Source of the DNA: Nitrososphaerales archaeon
Lineage (GTDB): Archaea > Thermoproteota > Nitrososphaeria_A > Caldarchaeales > Wolframiiraptoraceae
Length of the DNA stretch: 24,000 nucleotides
Direction: 5' to 3'
Assembly (NCBI GenBank): GCA_023269855.1
Contig: JAGDWP010000027.1
Span: 4,826 to 28,825 of the forward strand
Position numbers and translations under genes: made by a program. The notes below the pieces were generated by a model. It saw only the letters and a list, made by a program, of their open reading frames with translations. It was not told the origin of the DNA and ran no database searches. Positions 9,352 to 16,984 of the stretch are shown here, piece by piece. Position 1 is the first letter of the stretch, and every line of letters starts with the position of its first letter.

Positions 9352-10716
9352 TCATCTAGGTAATGGTTCCTCAATGTATTCTACTAGCCAATCCATGTTC
9401 CACAGCATATCATGGTCAGCTCTTTCTCCACTGCTAATTCTAACTTCTCCCGCTTGGTCTCTTATAGGTTCACCTAGATTTCCTTCAACGCTGAAGGGCT
9501 CAAAGATCAATTCTTTCATTTCTTCATATCTCTTCTTAATCTCAAGCTGCCACTGGCTTGGAATGACAGGGTTGAGTGGGGCTAGATAGACTGTACCCTC
9601 AGGTTTGCCAGCAGTACTGTTCTCAGCTGGAAGCCTCCATCTATAAGGCATGTAGTCTCCTATCCTGCTCCAGATATCAACTGTCTGCCAACTGTTCGTT
9701 GCAACCATTCTATAGAAGTCGAGGTATATTGGTCCCCAATTAGCTATCTGACCTGTTAAATGAGCTGTTGGTCCATATTCTCTCATGTCACTATAGTGGC
9801 TGAAGCTCCACACCTTCTTACCCTTCTTCTGATATTCTTCTGCAACTTGTAGTACTGCAGGTGTATCTTCAGTAAATGCTAGGACATCGCAATTCTTTTC
9901 TTCTATCAATGCTATCGCCGCTGACCTAGCCTTCTCTGGAGCAACCCATTCGAATATCCAGCTTACATGAGCTTTGATGTTCTTACCTGTTCTCTTCTTG
10001 TACGCATAGTTTGCGCCTAAAACAAATGCGTTAATATGTCTAACTACTTCTGGTATAGGATATGCTCCAACATATCCTACTACTCCGGTTTCCGTGACTG
10101 CTCCAGCTGCTAAACCATTTAGATAGTATAGTTGGTAGAATTCCGCGAATGCTGCGCTCATATTGTTGGGAGCGTTCCCAGCCGCTCCACTCTTATAACC
10201 ACTTATATGGACAAAGTATCTATCAGGGTATTTTTCAGCAGCTTCTGCAGTTGGATCCATAAACCCGAAGCTCGTAGTAATTATTAGTTGGCAGCCCTTC
10301 TCTACTAAGCTGGTTATCGCTCCGGCAACCTCAGCTTCTGGAACACTCTCAATATAGGTACTCTCGACTTGGTTTACCCCAAATTTTTCATCAGCCCATC
10401 TCCTACCACGGTCATGTCCATATGACCAACCGTAGTCGCCTACGGGTCCAACATAGACGTACCCAACCTTTAGCTTCTTAGCAGCAGGAACAGTAGCTGT
10501 AATGGTCTTAGTAATTTCAGCACCTGCTTGAGTAGTAGTAACTGTTCGTGTTACTGTAGCGGGAGGAGCAGCCGATGTTCCAGCCAAGTATCCTGCAACC
10601 CCTCCGACGACTCCTGCAGCTACTATTCCTCCCACTGCAGCAGCTTTTGTTACTCCCAGAAATTCCCTTCTAGAAAATTTCCTACAAAATATCCTGTTTT
10701 CTTTTATTCTTTCCAT
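9352..10716 (-). CDS. BMP-family substrate-binding protein with a Tat-type signal
   Basis: 454 aa; 'KFSRREFLGVTKAAAVGG' twin-arginine signal; Thr-rich linker; 'LKVGYVYVGPVGDYGWSYGHDRGRRWADEKFGV' and 'GCQLIITTSFGFMDPTAEAAEKYPDRYFVHISGYK', typical of BMP proteins. Confidence 0.93.
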   Translation of the reverse strand: MERIKENRIFCRKFSRREFLGVTKAAAVGGIVAAGVVGGVAGYLAGTSAAPPATVTRTVTTTQAGAEITKTITATVPAAKKLKVGYVYVGPVGDYGWSYGHDRGRRWADEKFGVNQVESTYIESVPEAEVAGAITSLVEKGCQLIITTSFGFMDPTAEAAEKYPDRYFVHISGYKSGAAGNAPNNMSAAFAEFYQLYYLNGLAAGAVTETGVVGYVGAYPIPEVVRHINAFVLGANYAYKKRTGKNIKAHVSWIFEWVAPEKARSAAIALIEEKNCDVLAFTEDTPAVLQVAEEYQKKGKKVWSFSHYSDMREYGPTAHLTGQIANWGPIYLDFYRMVATNSWQTVDIWSRIGDYMPYRWRLPAENSTAGKPEGTVYLAPLNPVIPSQWQLEIKKRYEEMKELIFEPFSVEGNLGEPIRDQAGEVRISSGERADHDMLWNMDWLVEYIEEPLPR

Positions 10717-10939
10717 GTTTATGTATAGTCTGAATCAATTGATATACTTTCATTACATGATCGACTCAAATTAGCATAGACAAATTAACGGAAACCAGAT
10801 TATAGAAAATCCAGATCTTTGACAAATTATTGTAACTACTTTGTTATCCAAGGCAGACTTCAAGCGTCTTTTGGCCACACAGTACTTTCATATGAAAATT
10901 CTAATATATGTAAGCTAATTTATTGTTTGGGTTGACTTC

Positions 10940-11395
10940 TTGTCTGAAGTCTGGTTTTTTGCTTACGGTTGGGCGTTAGATAAAACTTTACTAAAGAAAG
11001 TTATTGGTGAATGTGGAGAGCCTAGGAGAGCTATCCTACGTGGTTATAGACTTGTTTTTGATGTTTTCTCCCCAAGCTGGAAAGGAGGCGTAGCAAATAT
11101 TATTGAAGATGTTAATGGTGAAGTGTATGGTGGAGTGTATAAGATAAGTATGAGTCAGTTAGCTAGATTGGATGAAGTTGTTGGAGTACCTAACACTTTC
11201 TCTAGACGAAAAGTTGTCGTCGAAGTTGAAGATTTAGGGAGTATTAATTCCATAACATATGTATCAGCATCAGGTAGAGGAAGATGGGTTAAGCCTTCTG
11301 AACAGTATCTGCGTGCTCTTTTCCATGGTTTAAAACAATTAAAGTATAGTGACGAAGTCATCAACAAGGTGAAGAAGATAGCGTACGGGCAGTAG
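10940..11395 (+). CDS. Gamma-glutamylcyclotransferase-like (GGCT/AIG2-like) protein
   Basis: 151 aa from a TTG start; 'WFFAYGWALDKTLLKKVIGECGEPRRAILRGYRLVF..NIIEDVNGEVYGGVYKISMSQLARLDEVVGVP' matches the GGCT-like pattern (FaYGsn.., G.vy.l....l..LD..Eg). Confidence 0.8.
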   Translation: MSEVWFFAYGWALDKTLLKKVIGECGEPRRAILRGYRLVFDVFSPSWKGGVANIIEDVNGEVYGGVYKISMSQLARLDEVVGVPNTFSRRKVVVEVEDLGSINSITYVSASGRGRWVKPSEQYLRALFHGLKQLKYSDEVINKVKKIAYGQ

Positions 11396-11433
11396 CTGGA
11401 ATAATATTAAATTACTAATTTGAAACGTTGCGT

Positions 11434-13440
11434 CTATGACTTGACCTTTCTCTCATTTATCACTGGTTCGACTTTCTCTATCTGTGGCTTAGTTATCTTC
11501 AATCTTTTCTCAGCTGCTTTCAGTATGGCTCTAAGCATTTCAGGATAGCTAATCCCCATGTATGCTGCAGCTTTAGCTAGATGTCCATCCCAGCACCATC
11601 CAGGGTTTGGGTTAACTTCTAGAAGTCTCGGGTTGCCTTCAGAGTCGAGTCTCCAATCAAATCTTGCATAATCTCTACATTCTAGTCTATTAAACAATTT
11701 TACACTACATTCTATAATGTAGTCTTTAACTTCCTGCGGTATATTGGCTGGGATAGATTTAATATTCCAGTAGGGTGAATCAGGAAGCCATTTTGCTTCA
11801 TAACTACATATCGGTGGCAATCCTTCAGGCAGTACACTATAGTCTTCTTCAGTTATCGGTAGAACTATGTAATCTTCAGGAGGATTACCTATTATACCCA
11901 GTGTTAAATCTTTTCCAGTAAGGAATTCTTCAATTACTATGGGTTTATTGTAGTTGAATTTTTCTCTCAGTTCTGAGATTGCATTTAGTAATTGTTCTTC
12001 ATCGTAGACAACGCTCTTACTCGTTATACCGAAACTGCTATCTCCATAATTTGGTTTAACTATTACTGGGAAATCGAATGGTATCTGTATGGTTATGTCT
12101 TCAGGCTTTAAAAAGATTGCCCTAGGTACAGGTATGCCCATTTCTCTAGCGATTCCTCTAACGAGGCTTTTATCGTAGCAGTATGCTAGGCATTGGGGCC
12201 CAGCACCTGTGTAGGGTATGCCGAGCACTTCTAGTAATGCGGGAACGTGTAGTTCTTTCCTAGGGTCATTATAGTATCCTTCATCACATAGATTGAATAC
12301 TAAGTCGATCTTACTCCTAAGCTTTAACAAGTCTTGGAGTAATGTATCGTGATTCATTAAGTATATGAATTCATACTCTTTTAATTCATTCAATGCTTGT
12401 ATCAGCTTGTTTATTGTGTAGAAATCATCTTCATCAAATACTCCTCCAGGTTTAGTAGTATCAGTCTTCGACGGGTCTCCAAGTATTACTGCAACCCTCA
12501 TCTTTAAACCATTCATTCTCTTCTTAACAGGCATCCATTCCTTCTTCGCTACAGCAGTCACTATGATTCTCTTCTCCATCATTCCAAGATCTTGGTTTCT
12601 CTTAGATTCAGGAGAAAGCTCTCCATGGAATACGATGTTTGTGAAGCCTGCTTTCTCTAGCAGCTGTCTCAGTGTCTCCTTATCGTATAGTCTTATAGCG
12701 TAGATCTGGTCAGCGATAACTCCTTTCTTAGCGTTTACTATTACTTCTCTCGAGATCAACCTTTGTCCATCTGAAGAGAGAGTCCTTTCTCTACATACGA
12801 ACATTTGCTTATTAATCCATTCCCAAGACCTCTTCTGATAATTTTCTCTAAGATAGCTTCCATCAGCAACGTCTATTAGTATTTTCCCCCAAGGTCTTAA
12901 GACTCTTCTAACTTCCTTCAATACTTGGAGGTCGTCTTTAATTGATTCAAAATACCCGAAGCTGTTACCGAGTATCATTACTACATCAAAGCTGTCAGAC
13001 TGGTAGGGCAGCTTCCTAGCATCTCCCTCTCTGAACTTCACTTTTAATCCTTCCTTCTCTGCCTGAAGCTTAGCCCTCCTAATTAGATAATGGGAGATAT
13101 CTAATCCTTCAACATTCTTGAAACCTCTTCTTGCTAATTCTAGAGAATGTCTACCATGACCACAGCATAAATCTAAGATACTGTCTTCAGGCTTCAACCC
13201 AAGTATACGAGTGAATAAGTCTACTTCTCTCCTAGTTATCTCATAGTCGTTCACAACGTCGCCGTCAGTCTTTAGATATAGAGAATTGAAGAGGTGTTTC
13301 CACCAGTCAGGTCGTACATATTCTTCAAGGTCTGGGATTGGACCGAGAATCTTCTTCTGCCGTTCACGGCATCTAACTTCTCTTACTTTACTATGACTTC
13401 TTGATGATTCATTATCTGAGGGGCCTTCCCCCATGCTCAC
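11434..13440 (-). CDS. Fusion: class I SAM-dependent methyltransferase (N) + D-alanine-D-alanine ligase-like ATP-grasp enzyme (C)
   Basis: 668 aa, one uninterrupted frame. N-half: 'DSILDLCCGHGRHSLELARRGFKNVEGLDIS..ARKLPYQSDSFDVVMI'. C-half: 'VFNLCDEGYYNDPRKELHVPALLEVLGIPYTGAGPQCLAYCYDKSLVRGIAREMGIPVP', 'FPVIVKPNYGDSSFGI', 'RLLEVNPNPGW'. Confidence 0.9.
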   Translation of the reverse strand: MSMGEGPSDNESSRSHSKVREVRCRERQKKILGPIPDLEEYVRPDWWKHLFNSLYLKTDGDVVNDYEITRREVDLFTRILGLKPEDSILDLCCGHGRHSLELARRGFKNVEGLDISHYLIRRAKLQAEKEGLKVKFREGDARKLPYQSDSFDVVMILGNSFGYFESIKDDLQVLKEVRRVLRPWGKILIDVADGSYLRENYQKRSWEWINKQMFVCRERTLSSDGQRLISREVIVNAKKGVIADQIYAIRLYDKETLRQLLEKAGFTNIVFHGELSPESKRNQDLGMMEKRIIVTAVAKKEWMPVKKRMNGLKMRVAVILGDPSKTDTTKPGGVFDEDDFYTINKLIQALNELKEYEFIYLMNHDTLLQDLLKLRSKIDLVFNLCDEGYYNDPRKELHVPALLEVLGIPYTGAGPQCLAYCYDKSLVRGIAREMGIPVPRAIFLKPEDITIQIPFDFPVIVKPNYGDSSFGITSKSVVYDEEQLLNAISELREKFNYNKPIVIEEFLTGKDLTLGIIGNPPEDYIVLPITEEDYSVLPEGLPPICSYEAKWLPDSPYWNIKSIPANIPQEVKDYIIECSVKLFNRLECRDYARFDWRLDSEGNPRLLEVNPNPGWCWDGHLAKAAAYMGISYPEMLRAILKAAEKRLKITKPQIEKVEPVINERKVKS

Positions 13441-13598
13441 CTAACCTATCATTTAATTAGACTCTTCGGGATCAATATAACCTTTGACTCTTCGAGAGAC
13501 TCGAATAAAGCTCCAAGACCCTACAACCGTATAGTTGGCCACAGAGTCAACGGCTAGACCAGTATGCTTTAATTGTAGATGATTTGATGTAAGAGTAG

Positions 13599-14255
13599 AT
13601 GGATTGGTTTAACTTAGCTGACTTATACAATATGCTTTCTGGATATGCCTATCTAGGAGCATTCATAATATCATTGTTAGGAAGCCTCATACCATTCTTG
13701 CCTCTACCATACCTTATCCCGATAGTATTGATGGCGGATAAGTTTAACCCAGTAATATTGGGGGTAGCTTCAGGAGTGGGCGGAGCATTAGGTAAGATAA
13801 CATCATATCTTATCGGCAGAGTTAGTAGGAGATTCATCTCCACGAGAAACAGTAAAGTTAGCTTCATAGCTAACGCTGTCAATAAGTATGGGGCTATCGC
13901 TGTCTTCTTATTCGCTCTTACACCCCTGCCTGATGATGTAATATATATCCCGATGGGTTTCGCTAAAATGAACTTCATAAAATTCATGATATCTAATGCA
14001 CTGGGAAAGATAATCCTCGCAATAATAGTAGCATTTCTAGGAAAAACCTACTTCACGATAGCCAGGTTGCTAGTTGGTAATGAAGCAGGGATATACCCGG
14101 TAATCGCATCAATAATTTTCATGATACTTATCAGCATCATACTATTCAAGATTGATTGGGAGAAAGCAGTAGAAACCTACAAAAAACATGGATTAAAACA
14201 AACCATAAAAACCCTTTTCTTCACTCAGAGAAATAAAATTGATAAAACAACATGA
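13599..14255 (+). CDS. VTT/DedA-like (SNARE-associated Golgi protein family) membrane protein
   Basis: 218 aa; 'GVASGVGGALGKITSYLIGRVSRR', 'FLFALTPLPDDVIYIPMGFAKMNFIKFMISNALGKIILAII'. Confidence 0.75.
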   Translation: MDWFNLADLYNMLSGYAYLGAFIISLLGSLIPFLPLPYLIPIVLMADKFNPVILGVASGVGGALGKITSYLIGRVSRRFISTRNSKVSFIANAVNKYGAIAVFLFALTPLPDDVIYIPMGFAKMNFIKFMISNALGKIILAIIVAFLGKTYFTIARLLVGNEAGIYPVIASIIFMILISIILFKIDWEKAVETYKKHGLKQTIKTLFFTQRNKIDKTT

Positions 14256-14321
14256 ATTAGATTATAGAATAACTATAACCTAAGTTAAGTTTAATACTGA
14301 AAAATAAGATAGTAGAGACAA

Positions 14322-14417
14322 GGGCCCGTAGCTCAGTCAGGTAGAGAGAAGGGAACACTCGCCGAGAGCGGCGGGCTCTTAACCCGTTGGTCGGGGGTTC
14401 GAATCCCCCCGGGCCCG
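14322..14417 (+). tRNA. tRNA-Lys (anticodon CTT, 14378-14380) with a roughly 22-nt non-canonical intron in the D-arm (about 14345-14366)
   Basis: Acceptor GGGCCCG/CGGGCCC; TA; D-stem GCTC...; anticodon arm GCGGG-CTCTTAA-CCCGT; variable TGGTC; T-arm GGGGG-TTCGAAT-CCCCC; discriminator G. The D-arm closes normally only if 22 nt are removed (gtag|agagaagggaacactcgccgag|agcg). The exact junction is ambiguous over 5 positions (intron start 14343-14347). Confidence 0.9.
14345..14366 (+). other. Predicted non-canonical tRNA-Lys intron in the D-arm (22 nt)
   Basis: Removal restores a 74-nt tRNA. A relaxed bulge-helix-bulge can be drawn: GGU(14340-42)/GCC(14361-63), bulges AG^A at 14343-45 and 14365-67, intron helix GAG(14346-48)/CUC(14358-60). 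Confidence 0.7.
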
Positions 14418-14478
14418 GATTTTATTTATCATATATGTGAGTTTGAGAGGAGAATATAGAGACGATAGACATCTCTCC

Positions 14479-14940
14479 TCATATAGTATGTTTTCCCCTC
14501 TTTCTATCGTAGATCGATGTTCCTTTCTTAACAACCAAATGCGGTCCTGTTACTTCTATCTTCAACTTCAATAGTAGCTCCTTGACATAGTTAAGAAGTC
14601 CTAGGTCTGTATTATAGACATATATTCTTCTATCCTTAACTACGTATCCTTCACTGTCAAAGAATGCTCTCAGAAACGATGTTATAGTTTCTTCACTATA
14701 TTCAATGTATTGTTTTAGCTTCTCAATGTCTAGTGGCTTCACCAATAATTCACATAATGTTTTCGAGTATCCTTCAGCAATATAGAATCCACTATGTCGT
14801 TTTCTGAAGCTTGGCTTAGAGCATGTAACAACTTCGAGACATCTAGCAAACTCCATGACAAGTTCAGCGTCCTTGCATTTTAGGCCAATTATATATTCGC
14901 CGTTTTCTTCAATAATAGTTATGTATCCATCTCCAGCCAC
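14479..14940 (-). CDS. Standalone LAGLIDADG homing endonuclease-like protein, possibly truncated or decaying
   Basis: 153 aa. Second motif 'ITSFLRAFFDSEGYVV' and first motif remnant 'AGDGYITI' followed by 'GLKCKDAELVMEFARCL'. The first motif helix continues upstream of the GTG start without a stop (…LYIIDVV|AGDGY), and the C-terminus is short. Confidence 0.7.
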   Translation of the reverse strand: MAGDGYITIIEENGEYIIGLKCKDAELVMEFARCLEVVTCSKPSFRKRHSGFYIAEGYSKTLCELLVKPLDIEKLKQYIEYSEETITSFLRAFFDSEGYVVKDRRIYVYNTDLGLLNYVKELLLKLKIEVTGPHLVVKKGTSIYDRKRGKHTI

Positions 14941-14962
14941 AACATCGATAATATATAAATAG

Positions 14963-15060
14963 TGCCCCGGGCAGGATTTGAACCTGCGACAACCCGGTTT
15001 CTCAGTGTGGTGGGTGATAATTCTTCAGCCGGGCGCTCTCCCGGGCTGAGCTACCGGGGC
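14963..15060 (-). tRNA. tRNA-Phe (anticodon GAA) with a 24-nt intron at 37/38
   Basis: Minus strand: GCCCCGG TA GCTC AGCCCGGGA GAGC G CCCGG CTGAAG [AATTATCACCCACCACACTGAGAA] A CCGGG TTGTC GCAGG TTCAAAT CCTGC CCGGGGC A. All stems pair perfectly. Confidence 0.94.
14999..15022 (-). other. Predicted tRNA-Phe intron (24 nt) at the canonical 37/38 position
   Basis: Removal gives a standard 7-nt anticodon loop CTGAAGA and a 74-nt tRNA. A relaxed central helix CUGA/UGAG (one G-G mismatch) with AG^A and AA^A bulges is possible. Confidence 0.85.
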
Positions 15061-15098
15061 CATTTTTCTATCTATTCATAGTTTCTTAAAAACCTTCA

Positions 15099-16400
15099 CT
15101 ACTTCTTCACGTTCTTTGCATATTCTTCTGTTACCTGGATTACTCTGTCCATATCCTCATGAGTGTGTGCTGCTGAGATGAAGAATTGCGGGTTTTCATT
15201 TGTTAACGCTATGATATTGTTTTCAAGTAAGTGTCTAAAGTATTTTCTTGATCTCTCTCTATCCTTCATAGTTTGAGCTGTCTTAACATCTTTAGGTTTT
15301 ATAGGTGTAAAATGGACTCCGACTAGTGAGCCAATACCGGTAGTGTATCCTAGACCATGCTTCTCTAAAATTTCTCCAATGTTTCTTCTAAGTTTCTCTC
15401 CAAGCAAGTCGAGGTAACTGTAGATTTCGTTTCTTCTCTCAAGTTCTGAGAGTAGTGTGTATCCAGCTGATGTCATAAGCATGTTTGCTGAAAATGTTCC
15501 ACCCTGGAAAACTCTTTCATGATAGTTTCTGTATTTCAATTGGTCTAGTAGCTCCATTACTTCGTCTCTTCCACCGAAAGCGCCAACTGCGAATTCGCCT
15601 CCACCAACTATTTTACCGAAAGTAGTGATGTCAGGTGTTACACTGTATATTTTCTGTGCTCCTCCAGAAGAGAGTCTGAAACCAGTTATTACTTCATCGA
15701 ATATCAGGAGTGCTCCAACCTTATCGCATAGTTCTCTCAAACCCTTCAAGAATTCTTTCTCAGCAGGTATCATTCCACCCGCTCCTGCAACAGGCTCAAC
15801 AATTATACCTGCTAACTCTATCTTGTCTACTGTTTTCTCAACTGCTTCTAAATTATTGTAGGGAAGTACTACTGTGTCTTTAACTGCTCCATTTGTTAAA
15901 CCTGCATATAGTTTCTCATAGGGTGGTGATACAGCGATATGTAATGCATCATACCCTCCATGCCAGTTACCTTCAAATTTGATAATAGATGAACGCTTAG
16001 TATATGCTCTGGCCAATCTTACAGCATACATGTTTGCTTCTGTACCACTATTCGTGAATCTAATTTTTTCTACGCTTGGAACCATTCTCTGTATCTGTTC
16101 CGCTAGCTTGATCTCCCACTCGTGGGGGAGACCTACATGTATGCCTATCTCAATCTGTTTTCGGATAGCCTCTATTACGGGTGGGTAAGCATGCCCCATA
16201 ATCTTCGCTCCATGCCCAATCCAGTAATCTGTATACACGTTACCATCCACATCCCATAACTTCTGACCAGCTGCTCTTGAAACATAGAAAGGATACGGCT
16301 CAAAATATCTAATCGAGTAAGATACTCCTCCGGGCAAATATCTTTGAGCTATGTGAAAGAGCTCTCTAGACCTAGGGGTTGAAGACTCATACCTACTCAT
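15099..16400 (-). CDS. Glutamate-1-semialdehyde aminomutase-like class III PLP aminotransferase
   Basis: 433 aa; 'VSRAAGQKLWDVDGNVYTDYWIGHGAKIMGHAYP', 'RFTNSGTEANMYAVRLAR', 'LLIFDEVITGFRLSSGGAQ', PLP lysine region 'DITTFGKIVGGGEFAVGAFGG'. True HemL specificity is not certain ('GGVSYSIRYFE' replaces the usual SPVRAF-like stretch). Confidence 0.85.
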   Translation of the reverse strand: MSRYESSTPRSRELFHIAQRYLPGGVSYSIRYFEPYPFYVSRAAGQKLWDVDGNVYTDYWIGHGAKIMGHAYPPVIEAIRKQIEIGIHVGLPHEWEIKLAEQIQRMVPSVEKIRFTNSGTEANMYAVRLARAYTKRSSIIKFEGNWHGGYDALHIAVSPPYEKLYAGLTNGAVKDTVVLPYNNLEAVEKTVDKIELAGIIVEPVAGAGGMIPAEKEFLKGLRELCDKVGALLIFDEVITGFRLSSGGAQKIYSVTPDITTFGKIVGGGEFAVGAFGGRDEVMELLDQLKYRNYHERVFQGGTFSANMLMTSAGYTLLSELERRNEIYSYLDLLGEKLRRNIGEILEKHGLGYTTGIGSLVGVHFTPIKPKDVKTAQTMKDRERSRKYFRHLLENNIIALTNENPQFFISAAHTHEDMDRVIQVTEEYAKNVKK

Positions 16401-16519
16401 ATTCTCTCCTCCCTTAAAGGTTCTTCCATGTTTTAAACATAACTTATCATTAAGTTAACTGTAAACTTTTATTGATTAAGTAAACCGGTTTTATGGAGAT
16501 GCTTGATATGTTGGTATTT

Positions 16520-16984
16520 TTAGGGTGGTGGAGTCATCTTATATGTCGCTGGATCAACGTAGGAGTAGTACCAGATTATTGTTTCACCATTACTTAGGAT
16601 ATATTTGTCGCATGCTGATCCACCGGCAGCCCACCCTAGACTCGTCCATATCCACCAACTCCAATACCTAGACTGCTCAACTGACTGTTCTACCCCGTTG
16701 ATAGACTTTACGTATAAGCCCATGGCACCATAAGATTCTGCATCAACAATCCAACCTGCTTCTAGCATAGCATCGTAAAGAGTTAATCCACGTGTTCCAT
16801 TAAACCATATTCTAGTACCGTTCCCATAGTCTATTCCAAGATTTATGATAGCCTTCGATTTTTCAAGCTTCTCTACGAGGTTACTATACTGATAATAATA
16901 GTAGATGGCTGTAAGCGTAGTAGCAACAGCTAGGCAGAGGATGATTATTGAAGCTAAAGCCCATTTATTTTTTACAGCGGCCAT
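16520..16984 (-). CDS. DUF4430-like (transcobalamin C-terminal-like) membrane-anchored protein
   Basis: 154 aa; N-terminal TM; 'TRGLTLYDAMLEAG…VKSINGVEQSVEQSRYWSWWIWTSLGWAAGGSACDKYILSNGETIIWYYS', matching the DUF4430 pattern (tl.dal…; yW.y.vng....g...y.l.dGD.i.w.Y). Confidence 0.7.
   Translation of the reverse strand: MAAVKNKWALASIIILCLAVATTLTAIYYYYQYSNLVEKLEKSKAIINLGIDYGNGTRIWFNGTRGLTLYDAMLEAGWIVDAESYGAMGLYVKSINGVEQSVEQSRYWSWWIWTSLGWAAGGSACDKYILSNGETIIWYYSYVDPATYKMTPPP

Noticed and set aside
10528-10728. Cys/Ser-rich 66-aa plus-strand ORF (possible metal-binding peptide)
   Set aside because: It is the complement of the Ala/Gly-rich Tat signal and Thr linker of the BMP protein; composition artefact.
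13649-13987. 112-aa minus-strand ORF within the VTT/DedA-like gene, and 11155..11367 within the GGCT-like gene
   Set aside because: Shadow ORFs of genes with recognisable motifs.
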